Assembly (NCBI GenBank): GCA_002245135.1
Contig: NGBS01000894.1
Coordinates: 1 to 64,000, forward strand
Length of the DNA: 64,000 nt
Direction of reading: 5' to 3'
Origin: Proteromonas lacertae
Lineage: Eukaryota
A program made the position numbers and the translations under genes. The notes under the pieces are model-generated. The model was not told the origin of the DNA. It did not search any database and saw only the letters and a list, made by a program, of their open reading frames with translations. Position 1 is the stretch's first letter; every line of letters begins with the position of its first letter. Of this stretch, positions 15,501-30,500 are shown piece by piece.

Positions 15501-18500
15501 GGTTCAATAATGATATTAAGTGGATCAAATGGATTAGTAAAATTAGAATCAAGTAATGGTTCAATCTTAATAGAAGGTGGTTCATCTAGTAATGAAATAG
15601 GTGGTTCAATAATAATTGAAGGAGTAGATAAAACTGATATTTTAAGTAAAGATAGTAGTGAAAAGTAGTGGAATAATAAATATAAAAAGTGGAAGTGGTA
15701 AATCAACAAGTGGTTCAATCAACATAAAATTCTCCACTGTTAATATAAAAAGTGGAAGTGGATCAGTTGGAGGTAAAATAACTATCGAAAGTGGAAATGG
15801 AAGTATCAGTAGTGGATCTGTGTTGATGTCTAGTGGAAGTATTGAAATAACTGGAGGCGTTGGTAAGACAAATGGTGGTTCAATCGAAATATTTAGTGGA
15901 AGTGGTATAAATTTAAGTAGTGGATCCATAACAATAAAGAGTGCTGATAATACCACCTCTAGTGGAAATATCTATTTGAGTGGTGGATCAATGTTGTTAT
16001 CTAGTGGATTAATAAAACTTTCGAATAACAATAAAATCGAAATGAATAGTGCATCAATATCAATAAAGAGTGGAAATAATAATAATGGAAGTAGTGGATC
16101 AATTACTTTAGAAAGTGACAATATAAATATTAAAGGAAGTAGTAGTAAAGACTTTATAATCGAAAGTGGTGCTAGTGATGCTAATACTGGTTCAATTAAT
16201 TTATCCAAACTGAATGAAGTAAAAGCTCAAAATGAAATTAATATAAAGAGTGGATCATCATCTAGTGTATCTGGATCAATATTCTTAAGTGGAAGTACAA
16301 TAACAATAAATGGTAGTACTATAAATATGAAAAATCAAGAATTTATGGAAATAAAAAATAATAAATCTGATATTACATCCAACGATATTTTATTATCAGG
16401 TGGAACAATAATTTTAACTGGCAATACAATATCGTTAAATAGTGGATCAATATCTTTAAGTGGTGGAAGTATCGAAATAAGTAGTGGTTCAATATCAATA
16501 GAAAGTAAATCTAAAATCTCATTAGAATCTTTATCAAATAATAAGGAAAGTGAAATGGTTGATGTAAAAGGAAAATCAATCGACATGAAATTTTCAACAA
16601 TCAATATAAAAAGTGGAAGTGGATCAGTTGGAGGTAAAATAACTATCGAAAGTGGAAGTGGAAGTAGTAGTGGATCTGTGTTGATATCTAGTGGAAGTAT
16701 TGAAATAACTGGAGGCGTTGGTAAGACAAATGGTGGTTCAATCGAAATATCTGGTGGAAGGTATAAATTTAAGTAGTGGATCCATAACAATAAAGAGTGC
16801 TGATAATACCACCTCTAGTGGAAATATCTATTTGAGTGGTGGATCAATGTTGTTATCTAGTGGATTAATAAAACTTTCGAATAACAATAAAATCGAAATG
16901 AATAGTGCATCAATATCAATAAAGAGTGGAAATAATAATAATGGAAGTAGTGGATCAATTACTTTAGAAAGTGACAATAAATTATCAATAACAAGTGGAC
17001 TAATAAATATAGAATCAAAAGATAAATTAATATTTGAAAGTGCTGATATGAAATTAGAAGGTGATAAAATCGAATTAAAATCCAAACCAAAAATCTCGAT
17101 AGAAAGTCCAGATATTTTATTATCAAGTGGAACAATAATTTTAACTGGAAATACAATATCGTTAAATAGTGGATCAATATCTTTAAGTGGTGGAAGTATC
17201 GAAATAAGTAGTGGTTCAATATCAATAGAAAGTAAATCTAAAATCTCATTAGAATCTTTATCAAATAATAAGGAAAGTGAAATGGTTGATGTAAAAGGAA
17301 AATCAATCGACATGAAATTTTCAACAATCAATATAAAAAGTGGAAGTGGATCAGTTGGAGGTAAAATAACTATCGAAAGTGGAAGTGGAAGTAGTAGTGG
17401 ATCTGTGTTGATATCTAGTGGAAGTATTGAAATAACTGGAGGCGTTGGTAAGACAAATGGTGGTTCAATCGAAATATTTAGTGGAAGTGGTATAAATTTA
17501 AGTAGTGGATCCATAACAATAAAGAGTGCTGATAATACCACCTCTAGTGGAAATATCTATTTGAGTGGTGGATCAATGTTGTTATCTAGTGGATTAATAA
17601 AACTTTCGAATAACAATAAAATCGAAATGAATAGTGCATCAATATCAATAAAGAGTGGAAATAATAATAATGGAAGTAGTGGATCAATTACTTTAGAAAG
17701 TGACAATAAATTATCAACAAGTAATACTGAATCGATAAAAATCGAGGGAAGTGCAAATAGTGAAATTTTATTATCAAGTGGAACAATAATTTTAACTGGC
17801 AATACAATATCGTTAAATAGTGGATCAATATCTTTAAGTGGTGGAAGTATCGAAATAAGTAGTGGTTCAATATCAATAGAAAGTAAATCTAAAATCTCAT
17901 TAGAATCTTTATCAAATAATAAGGAAAGTGAAATGGTTGATGTAAAAGGAAAATCAATCGACATGAAATTTTCAACAATCAATATAAAAAGTGGAAGTGG
18001 ATCAGTTGGAGGTAAAATAACTATCGAAAGTGGAAGTGGAAGTAGTAGTGGATCTGTGTTTATGTCTAGTGGAAGTATTGAAATAACTGGAGGCGTTGGT
18101 AAGACAAATGGTGGTTCAATCGAAATATCTGGTGGAAGGTATAAATTTAAGTAGTGGATCCATAACAATAAAGAGTGCTGATAATACCACCTCTAGTGGA
18201 AATATCTATTTGAGTGGTGGATCAATGTTGTTATCTAGTGGATTAATAAAACTTTCGAATAACAATAAAATCGAAATGAATAGTGCATCAATATCAATAA
18301 AGAGTGGAAATAATAATAATGGAAGTAGTGGATCAATTACTTTAGAAAGTGACAATATAAATATTAAAGGAAGTAGTAGTAAAGACTTTATAATCGAAAG
18401 TGGTGCTAGTGATGCTAATACTGGTTCAATTAATTTATCCAAACTGAATGAAGTAAAAGCTCAAAATGAAATTAATATAAAGAGTGGATCATCATCTAGT

Positions 18501-21500
18501 GTATCTGGATCAATATTCTTAAGTGGAAGTACAATAACAATAAATGGTAGTACTATAAATATGAAAAATCAAGAATTTATGGAAATAAAAAATAATAAAT
18601 CTGATATTACATCCAACGATATTTTATTATCAGGTGAAACAATAATTTTAACTGGCAATACAATATCGTTAAATAGTGGATCAATATCTTTAAGTGGTGG
18701 AAGTATCGAAATAAGTAGTGGTTCAATATCAATAGAAAGTAAATCTAAAATCTCATTAGAATCTTTATCAAATAATAAGGAAAGTGAAATGGTTGATGTA
18801 AAAGGAAAATCAATCGACATGAAATTTTCAACAATCAATATAAAAAGTGGAAGTGGATCAGTTGGAGGTAAAATAACTATCGAAAGTGGAAGTGGAAGTA
18901 GTAGTGGATCTGTGTTGATATCTAGTGGAAGTATTGAAATAACTGGAGGCGTTGGTAAGACAAATGGTGGTTCAATCGAAATATCTAGGTGGAAGGTATA
19001 AATTTAAGTAGTGGATCCATAACAATAAAGAGTGCTGATAATACCACCTCTAGTGGAAATATCTATTTGAGTGGTGGATCAATGTTGTTATCTAGTGGAT
19101 TAATAAAACTTTCGAATAACAATAAAATCGAAATGAATAGTGCATCAATATCAATAAAGAGTGGAAATAATAATAATGGAAGTAGTGGATCAATTACTTT
19201 AGAAAGTGACAATAAATTATCAATAACAAGTGGACTAATAAATATAGAATCAAAAGATAAATTAATATTTGAAAGTGCTGATATGAAATTAGAAGGTGAT
19301 AAAATCGAATTAAAATCCCAAACCAAAAATCTCGATAGAAAGTCCAGATATTTTATTATCAAGTGGAACAATAATTTTAACTGGCAAATACAATATCGTT
19401 AAATAGTGGATCAATATCTTTAAGTGGTGGAAGTATCGAAATAAGTAGTGGTTCAATATCAATAGAAAGTAAATCTAAAATCTCATTAGAATCTTTATCA
19501 AATAATAAGGAAAGTGAAATGGTTGATGTAAAAGGAAAATCAATCGACATGAAATTTTCAACAATCAATATAAAAAGTGGAAGTGGATCAGTTGGAGGTA
19601 AAATAACTATCGAAAGTGGAAGTGGAAGTAGTAGTGGATCTGTGTTGATATCTAGTGGAAGTATTGAAATAACTGGAGGCGTTGGTAAGACAAATGGTGG
19701 TTCAATCGAAATATCTGGTGGAAGTGGTATAAATTTAAGTAGTGGATCCATAACAATAAAGAGTGCTGATAATACCACCTCTAGTGGAAATATCTATTTG
19801 AGTGGTGGATCAATGTTGTTATCTAGTGGATTAATAAAACTTTCGAATAACAATAAAATCGAAATGAATAGTGCATCAATATCAATAAAGAGTGGAAATA
19901 ATAATAATGGAAGTAGTGGATCAATTACTTTAGAAAGTGACAATAAATTATCAACAAGTAATACTGAATCGATAAAAATCGAGGGAAGTGCAAATAGTGA
20001 AATTTTATTATCAGGTGGAACAATAATTTTAACTGGCAATACAATATCGTTAAATAGTGGATCAATATCTTTAAGTGGTGGAAGTATCGAAATAAGTAGT
20101 GGTTCAATATCAATAGAAAGTAAATCTAAAATCTCATTAGAATCTTTATCAAATAATAAGGAAAGTGAAATGGTTGATGTAAAAGGAAAATCAATCGACA
20201 TGAAATTTTCAACAATCAATATAAAAAGTGGAAGTGGATCAGTTGGAGGTAAAATAACTATCGAAAGTGGAAGTGGAAGTAGTAGTGGATCTGTGTTGAT
20301 ATCTAGTGGAAGTATTGAAATAACTGGAGGCGTTGGTAAGACAAATGGTGGTTCAATCGAAATATTTAGTGGAAGTGGTATAAATTTAAGTAGTGGATCC
20401 ATAACAATAAAGAGTGCTGATAATACCACCTCTAGTGGAAATATCTATTTGAGTGGTGGTAACATTATTATTTACTGGTGGTGAAAGTAGAAGTTAAAGG
20501 TGGTTTATCTGATAGTAAAGGAGGATATATTGATGTTAAGTCAAAATTAATGTTAGGATCAGCTGTAACATTGGCAACTGGAGATGCATCTACATCTGGA
20601 TTTATATCAATAGATAGTTTATCATCAAATAATAATAGTGAAATGACATTAGATGTAGGTAGTGGAACAACAATGGGATCTATATCTTTTAATAGTTTTA
20701 TAAAAGCGAATGATATTACATTGAAATCAAAAAGTAAATATGGATGGTAGTGGTAGTATATATTCTAATTATGCAAATGTAAAACCATCGAAGTTGGTAG
20801 ATATAGATAATTCTATTAGTTTATCATCAGGTACTGTGAATTTTGTAACTACTAGTGATTTTACATTAAGTGGAAATTCTATCAATGTTGATAGTCAGAC
20901 TATTACTGTAACTTCTACTAACAATATTATTAGCGCTACAAATAGTATATTATTAAGTGGTACTTCCAAATTAACTGGTACAGAAAAAATAACTATATTA
21001 GCATCTTCAGGATCATTATCTTTAGGAACAACTACAATTACTGCAAATGGAAAATTGGTAGAAATAACAACTGAATCAGCTGCAACTAATAGTTATGGTA
21101 CAATTACAACATCAACTAAAATGAACCAATTAAATATAAATAATGATAATATTAATATTCAAAGTGTTAGTATTAGTGCAATGATCAATTCATTCTCAGT
21201 AGACTCTAGTACATTGACTATCTCATCATCATCACAAGTTGTGATTAACAAAGGAATTACTATGACTGCTAATACTGGTGGAAGTATAACTATGAATGGA
21301 GGTACTAGTGAAATTAATGTTAATGTAGGAACAATAGAATTATTAACAGGAACAGCTACAACAGGTGGATCAATAGACATATCATCTACAGAAGGAACAA
21401 TAACAGTAAGTGAGCTTAAAATAGAGAATAATAATGAAATAGGTTTATCATCAACTTCAACATTTACTGTCAATTATGGTTCAATTTCACTTAGCTCAGA

Positions 21501-24500
21501 TAGTAATATTATTACAGGAACAAATGGAATTAACCTTTCAGCTTCTACTATGTCAATAAGTGAAACAACAGTTAGTCTAACTGCTCTTACAATCCAGTCA
21601 AACCCAGAAATACAAATAACATCAACTACGTTAAGTATTACAGGCTCAACAATAGCATTAGGAGATACAATGAATTTTGATTCATCTACATTTAAGTCAA
21701 ATATTAATGTGTCTGTAGGATCTGTTGTAATTGAAAATACAAATGAATTAATATCAGCAGCTACATCACAAATAGCTATTACTGCTAAAGATAGCGACAG
21801 TGGTGCAGGTGGATCAATATTTTTAGGAAAAGATGTAAAAGTTGAAGGATCAATGGTGTTAACACCAGGAACAGGAAAAAATGGTAGTAATAATGGTCAT
21901 GTTTATGTTGATAATGCCTCAATAAATATATCTGGTGGATCAATTGTTGTAGAAGCAGGTAAATCACTTAAATCAGGAGGAAATACACTATTAAGAAGTA
22001 GAAGATTATTAATGCAAACTGGTGATTCTGACATAGCAAGTTCGGTTTCTGTACATGGAGGATCAAGTATAAATAACAAAGGAGGTGATGTTTTGATATC
22101 TGGTAAATTAACATTATTGAATGGAAAAGGTGTTGAAGAAAATGGAAATATAAATATCGAGACATCTGAACAAAATGAAGGTGGTAAAATATCATTAGAA
22201 AGTTCACAAATAGAAATAAAATCTAATAATACGTCATTATTATCAGAGAATGTAAAAATAGAGAATATAAAGGGAAGCATAAACATTATAAATGATAAAT
22301 CATCATTGAATGGTAATATACAGTTACATGTTGGTAATGAAGGTGAAATTCATATGAAATCTAATGGAAAAGAAGGAATAGAAATGAAATATGATAATAT
22401 GTCATTGAAGAGTGGAAATAGTTTAGATGTGAGTGGTTCAATAATATTTGAAAGTGTGAAAGGAATAAAAGAAAGTGGTTCAATAAGATTGAATAGTTCC
22501 AAGTTGTTAGTGAATAATGGTGTAGAAATGATAGGAGGATTAGGTAAGAATGAAGGAGGTGATATAGAAATGATTAGTTCCAAATTGATGATGAATAAGC
22601 TTGAAATGAATGAAAATGATGAAATAAAGATGAATAATAAAGAAAGTATATTGAGAAGTAATAAATTAGAAATGAATATAAAATCAGAATTAAAAATGAA
22701 TATATCTAAGTTAAATATTAGTAATTCCGAAAGTGAAATAAAATCTGAATCTTTGATAATGAATAGTAAATCCTTAAAGATGAAGAATAATGAAATGATG
22801 TTGAATATAAAAGATAATAAATTTGAAATGAATTCAAAATGGATAATATTAGGAAATGAATCATTGAGTAATTCAGTGAGATTAAGTCAAAGTAATTTAA
22901 GATTAGATGGAAATATGAATCTAACCAATGAAATATTAAGAATTGAAAGTAAATCTAACAAGAATAAAAATGTGAGTGAGAATATCGAAATAAATGGTGG
23001 TTTAAAGAACATAATCAGTAGTAAAGAAATCTTAATGGAAAGTGGTAAAGGTAAATTAAATGGAGGTGATATAATAATAAGAAGCAAGAAATCTACCAAC
23101 TTAAGTGGCGAAAAAGTATCAATAATAAGTGGAAATAGTTCTGAAAATGGTGGATCAATAATGTTTAATATGAAATCTGAATCAAAGACAGGTAAATCAA
23201 TCGTATTTAATGGATCTGAAATATTATTCTCAAGTCTAAATCCAATAAAACTATCCAATGGTAAAGGATCCAAAGATGGTAAATATGAAATGAAAGGCAA
23301 ATCTTTAGAAATGATAAATGAAAATGGTGAAATAATAATCTCAAGTGAAAGATATTCAATATTGAATGATAATACTGAATTATCTAGTGGGAAAATATCA
23401 TTAAAATCTTCATCAAAGATCGAAAATAGAGTAGATGAAATGATAATTAAGAGTGATTCATTAATCTTACGAAATAGTTTATCTCGAAATTCGTCATTAA
23501 TAATCTCAACAAAATCTGATAATAAATCTAACTCTTCAATAAATATAGATGGTTATGAAATGATAAATATGAATAATAAGAATGACAATTCTCGATTATT
23601 ATTATCAAGTAATAGTATTCTATTAAATAGTAATAATACATTTAAAGTAAATGGTGATATAAAAGTGAAATCTGATTTAATCGAAATGAAGAGTAAAGAT
23701 GAAATTCATATGAAATCTAATGGAAAAGAAGGAATAGAAATGAAATATGATAATATGTCATTGAAGAGTGGAAATAGTTTAGATGTGAGTGGTTCAATAA
23801 TATTTGAAAGTGTGAAAGGAATAAAAGAAAGTGGTTCAATAAGATTGAATAGTTCCAAGTTGTTAGTGAATAATGGTGTAGAAATGATAGGAGGATTAGG
23901 TAAGAATGAAGGAGGTGATATAGAAATGATTAGTTCCAAATTGATGATGAATAAGCTTGAAATGAATGAAAATGATGAAATAAAGATGAATAATAAAGAA
24001 AGTATATTGAGAAGTAATAAATTCGAAATGAATATAAAATCAGAATTAAAAATGAATATATCTAAGTTAAATATTAGTAATTCCGAAAGTGAAATAAAAT
24101 CTGAATCTTTGATAATGAATCAGTAAATCCTTAAAGATGAAGAATAATGAAATGATATTGAATATAAAAGATAATAAATTTGAAATGAATTCAAAATGGA
24201 TAATATTAGGAAATGAATCATTGAGTAATTCAGTGAGATTAAGTCAAAGTAATTTAAGATTAGATGGAAATATGAATCTAACCAATGAAATATTAAGAAT
24301 TGAAAGTAAATCTAACAAGAATAAAAATGTGAGTGAGAATATCGAAATAAATGGTGGTTTAAAGAACATAATCAGTAGTAAAGAAATCTTAATGGAAAGT
24401 GGTAAAGGTAAATTAAATGGAGGTGATATAATAATAAGAAGCAAGAAATCTACCAACTTAAGTGGCGAAAAAGTATCAATAATAAGTGGAAATAGTTCTG

Positions 24501-27500
24501 AAAATGGTGGATCAATAACAATAGAAAGTAAGAAGTTAACAAGAATATCATCTTCAAATACAATAATATTAAATAGTTCATCAATGATATTATCTGGTTC
24601 AATCTTATTAAATTCATCCAAATCAATAGAAATAACCTCAAAATCTAGTTTATTACATAGTAATAATTCGTTCAATATTGATTCTGAGAGTTTGTTATTA
24701 GAATCTGTGGAGTCAAGTATCGAAATCGAAAGTGGCTCAAAGAATGGTGAAGGTGAATCAATAAAGAGTGATCGTTTATCATTAATAGGTAGTGGTTCAT
24801 TAACTGTTTTAGGTGGTTATGGTTCAATAGAAAGTGGAAATGTAATAATATCTGAGACGAATTCAAAGAAAATCAATCAAATAACGATGAGTGGTGGTAA
24901 AGGAAATAAAGGTGGTTCAATATCGATAGTAGGTTCGAATGTAATACTACAAAATCCTTCAAATAACGAGATAGGTCATCTTCATTTAATAGGTGGTAAT
25001 AGTAAATTGAATGAAGATGGAAGTTCAATCGAATTATCATCCAAAGATGGTTTATTACATATGTTATCAAAATCGTTATCATTAAAGAGTGGTGAATCTG
25101 TTAAGAAATCTGGTTCCATAAAAATAAGAAATGAAAATATGTTAATATCTAGTAAGAGAATGAATATATTAAGTGGAAATGGAACAGAAAAGATTGGTTC
25201 AATAAAGATAGGTATAAAAGAAAATAATAAAAACAGTCATATACTATTAAGCAGTAAAAAGATAATAATCGACAATAATGATGGTAAAATCTACTTACAT
25301 AGTTTCGATTCAAAATCATCAAGTGGTGAAATTCATATGAAATCCAATGGAAAAGAAGGAATAGAAATGAAATATGATAATATGTCATTGAGGAGTGGAA
25401 ATAGTTTAGATGTGAGTGGTTCAATAATATTTGAAAGTGTGAAAGGAATAAAAGAAAGTGGTTCAATAAGATTGAATAGTTCCAAGTTGTTAGTGAATAA
25501 TGGTGTAGAAATGATAGGAGGATTAGGTAAGAATGAAGGAGGTGATATAGAAATGATTAGTTCCAAATTAATGATGAATAAGCTTGAAATGAATGAAAAT
25601 GATGAAATAAAGATGAATAATAAAGAAAGTATATTGAGAAGTAATAAATTCGAAATGAATATAAAATCAGAATTAAAAATGAATATATCTAAGTTAAATA
25701 TTAGTAATTCCGAAAGTGAAATAAAATCTGAATCTTTGATAATGAACAGTAAATCCTTAAAGATGAAGAATAATGAAATGATATTGAATATAAAAGATAA
25801 TAAATTTGAAATGAATTCAAAATGGATAATATTAGGAAATGAATCATTGAGTAATTCTGTTAAGATTAATCAATAAGAAGATATTAATAGAAAACTTAAA
25901 CAAATTGGATGTAAAGAATATGGAAATGGCTGGAAATATTAAAATGAGATCAAAGTCAATCGAAATAGGAAAAGAAAATACAAAAGAGTTAAGAATAAAA
26001 GTAGAAGAAATGAAGATGAAATTGAGTAGTTGCAATAGAATGGAATTGAAATCCAATAAAATGTTATTAATGAATGAAAATGGTTTAATCGAAATGAAGA
26101 GTAAAGATGAAATTCATATGAAATCTAATGGAAAAGAAGGAATAGAAATGAAATATGATAATATGTCATTGAAGAGTGGAAATAGTTTAGATGTGAGTGG
26201 TTCAATAATATTTGAAAGTGTGAAAGGAATAAAAGAAAGTGGTTCAATAAGATTGAATAGTTCCAAGTTGTTAGTGAATAATGGTGTAGAAATGATAGGA
26301 GGATTAGGTAAGAATGAAGGAGGTGATATAGAAATGATTAGTTCCAAATTGATGATGAATAAGCTTGAAATGAATGAAAATGATGAAATAAAGATGAATA
26401 ATAAAGAAAGTATATTGAGAAGTAATAAATTCAGAAATGAATATAAAATCAGAATTAAAAATGAATATATCTAAGTTAAATATTAGTAATTCCGAAAGTG
26501 AAATAAAATCTGAATCTTTGATAATGAACTAGTAAATCCTTAAAGATGAAGAATAATGAAATGATATTGAATATAAAAGATAATAAATTTGAAATGAATT
26601 CAAAATGGATAATATTAGGAAATGAATCATTGAGTAATTCAGTGAGATTAAGTCAAAGTAATTTAAGATTAGATGGAAATATGAATCTAACCAATGAAAT
26701 ATTAAGAATTGAAAGTAAATCTAACAAGAATAAAAATGTGAGTGAGAATATCGAAATAAATGGTGGTTTAAAGAACATAATCAGTAGTAAAGAAATCTTA
26801 ATGGAAAGTGGTAAAGGTAAATTAAATGGAGGTGATATAATAATAAGAAGCAAGAAATCTACCAACTTAAGTGGCGAAAAAGTATCAATAATAAGTGGAA
26901 ATAGTTCTGAAAATGGTGGATCAATAATGTTTAATATGAAATCTGAATCAAAGACAGGTAAATCAATCGTATTTAATGGATCTGAAATATTATTCTCAAG
27001 TCTAAATCCAATAAAACTATCCAATGGTAAAGGATCCAAAGATGGTAAATATGAAATGAAAGGCAAATCTTTAGAAATGATAAATGAAAATGGTGAAATA
27101 ATAATCTCAAGTGAAAGATATTCAATATTGAATGATAATACTGAATTATCTAGTGGGAAAATATCATTAAAATCTTCATCAAAGATCGAAAATAGAGTAG
27201 ATGAAATGATAATTAAGAGTGATTCATTAATCTTACGAAATAGTTTATCTCGAAATTCGTCATTAATAATCTCAACAAAATCTGATAATAAATCTAACTC
27301 TTCAATAAATATAGATGGTTATGAAATGATAAATATGAATAATAAGAATGACAATTCTCGATTATTATTATCAAGTAATAGTATTCTATTAAATAGTAAT
27401 AATACATTTAAAGTAAATGGTGATATAAAAGTGAAATCTGATTTAATTGAAATGAAGAGTAAAGATGAAATTCATATGAAATCTAATGGAAAAGAAGGAA

Positions 27501-30500
27501 TAGAAATGAAATATGATAATATGTCATTGAAGAGTGGAAATAGTTTAGATGTGAGTGGTTCAATAATATTTGAAAGTGTGAAAGGAATAAAAGAAAGTGG
27601 TTCAATAAGATTGAATAGTTCCAAGTTGTTAGTGAATAATGGTGTAGAAATGATAGGAGGATTAGGTAAGAATGAAGGAGGTGATATAGAAATGATTAGT
27701 TCCAAATTGATGATGAATAAGCTTGAAATGAATGAAAATGATGAAATAAAGATGAATAATAAAGAAAGTATATTGAGAAGTAATAAATTAGAAATGAATA
27801 TAAAATCAGAATTAAAAATGAATATATCTAAGTTAAATATTAGTAATTCCGAAAGTGAAATAAAATCTGAATCTTTGATAATGAATAGTAAATCCTTAAA
27901 GATGAAGAATAATGAAATGATGTTGAATATAAAAGATAATAAATTTGAAATGAATTCAAAATGGATAATATTAGGAAATGAATCATTGAGTAATTCAGTG
28001 AGATTAAGTCAAAGTAATTTAAGATTAGATGGAAATATGAATCTAACCAATGAAATATTAAGAATTGAAAGTAAATCTAACAAGAATAAAAATGTGAGTG
28101 AGAATATCGAAATAAATGGTGGTTTAAAGAACATAATCAGTAGTAAAGAAATCTTAATGGAAAGTGGTAAAGGTAAATTAAATGGAGGTGATATAATAAT
28201 AAGAAGCAAGAAATCTACCAACTTAAGTGGCGAAAAAGTATCAATAATAAGTGGAAATAGTTCTGAAAATGGTGGATCAATAACAATAGAAAGTAAGAAG
28301 TTAACAAGAATATCATCTTCAAATACAATAATATTAAATAGTTCATCAATGATATTATCTGGTTCAATCTTATTAAATTCATCCAAATCAATAGAAATAA
28401 CCTCAAAATCTAGTTTATTACATAGTAATAATTCGTTCAATATTGATTCTGAGAGTTTGTTATTAGAATCTGTGGAGTCAAGTATCGAAATCGAAAGTGG
28501 CTCAAAGAATGGTGAAGGTGAATCAATAAAGAGTGATCGTTTATCATTAATAGGTAGTGGTTCATTAACTGTTTTAGGTGGTTATGGTTCAATAGAAAGT
28601 GGAAATGTAATAATATCTGAGACGAATTCAAAGAAAATCAATCAAATAACGATGAGTGGTGGTAAAGGAAATAAAGGTGGTTCAATATCGATAGTAGGTT
28701 CGAATGTAATACTACAAAATCCTTCAAATAACGAGATAGGTCATCTTCATTTAATAGGTGGTAATAGTAAATTGAATGAAGATGGAAGTTCAATCGAATT
28801 ATCATCCAAAGATGGTTTATTACATATGTTATCAAAATCGTTATCATTAAAGAGTGGTGAATCTGTTAAGAAATCTGGTTCCATAAAAATAAGAAATGAA
28901 AATATGTTAATATCTAGTAAGAGAATGAATATATTAAGTGGAAATGGAACAGAAAAGATTGGTTCAATAAAGATAGGTATAAAAGAAAATAATAAAAACA
29001 GTCATATACTATTAAGCAGTAAAAAGATAATAATCGACAATAATGATGGTAAAATCTACTTACATAGTTTCGATTCAAAATCATCAAGTGGTGAAATTCA
29101 TATGAAATCCAATGGAAAAGAAGGAATAGAAATGAAATATGATAATATGTCATTGAAGGAGTGGAAATAGTTTAGATGTGAGTGGTTCAATAATATTTGA
29201 AAGTGTGAAAGGAATAAAAGAAAGTGGTTCAATAAGATTGAATAGTTCCAAGTTGTTAGTGAATAATGGTGTAGAAATGATAGGAGGATTAGGTAAGAAT
29301 GAAGGAGGTGATATAGAAATGATTAGTTCCAAATTGATGATGAATAAGCTTGAAATGAATGAAAATGATGAAATAAAGATGAATAATAAAGAAAGTATAT
29401 TGAGAAGTAATAAATTCGAAATGAATATAAAATCAGAATTAAAAATGAATATATCTAAGTTAAATATTAGTAATTCCGAAAGTGAAATAAAATCTGAATC
29501 TTTGATAATGAATAGTAAATCCTTAAAGATGAAGAATAATGTAAATGAGTTTGAATTTAAATAATACCTTTATTAATGGTAGTGTTACTAATTTAATTAA
29601 TGATGTTGAGAATGGAGAAATTAAGTTAACACTTCCAGTTAACTCCACATATTCTAAGTTTAATATATCAGGAGAAGTAAATATGAGTGGAAATATTATA
29701 TTTGATAGTAGTAATATTACATTAAATAGTAAACATTTTAATATTGGTAGTAAATATACTGAAGTAATAAAATTAAATTCAAGTAATGTAGTAATAGGTA
29801 ATAAGGATGATAAACAATTAAAGTCATTGTTATTATCATCAGATAGAGTCAATATAACATCTACCAATGGACTTACTAATATATCAATAATTGGAGGATC
29901 AGGTTTAAATAATGGTGGATCAATTAGAATTGGTCAAAATTCTGATAGTTTGACAAAGTCATGGATTGTACAGATGACTAATATATTGAATGCAGAAAGA
30001 AACAATAATACAAATACTACATCAGCATCTACAACTGAAGATAATAATAGCATTAATAATAATGATAGAGATCTTAGTATATTACAGAGATTAGAAAATG
30101 ATAATGTAGTTGATGAATTTAAAGATATTGATGATGCTAATATACTTGATGAAAATAGTGATTTAAGTGCATTATTCAATAATAATGAAAATAAAAAGAG
30201 TAAGAAAGGCGTAATAATAGAAAATAAAGGTGAGAATGGAAGAATCAATATCAAAACTGGTTCAGGTAAGAAAGCTGGAGATATAATGTTTATAACTGCA
30301 AATGGTATTGAAAGAAGTGGTGATATAATAATGGGAAATAAGAGACAAATGTCAGAATTAGTTACAATTGATGATAAAGTGCATATATTAGCAGGATCAG
30401 GATCAATAGGAGGAAATGTTAATATGAATAGTAAGAAAATCAACATAACCAGTATCAGAGGAGATATTGTAATACAATCAAAGAATAATTATCTAGAAAG

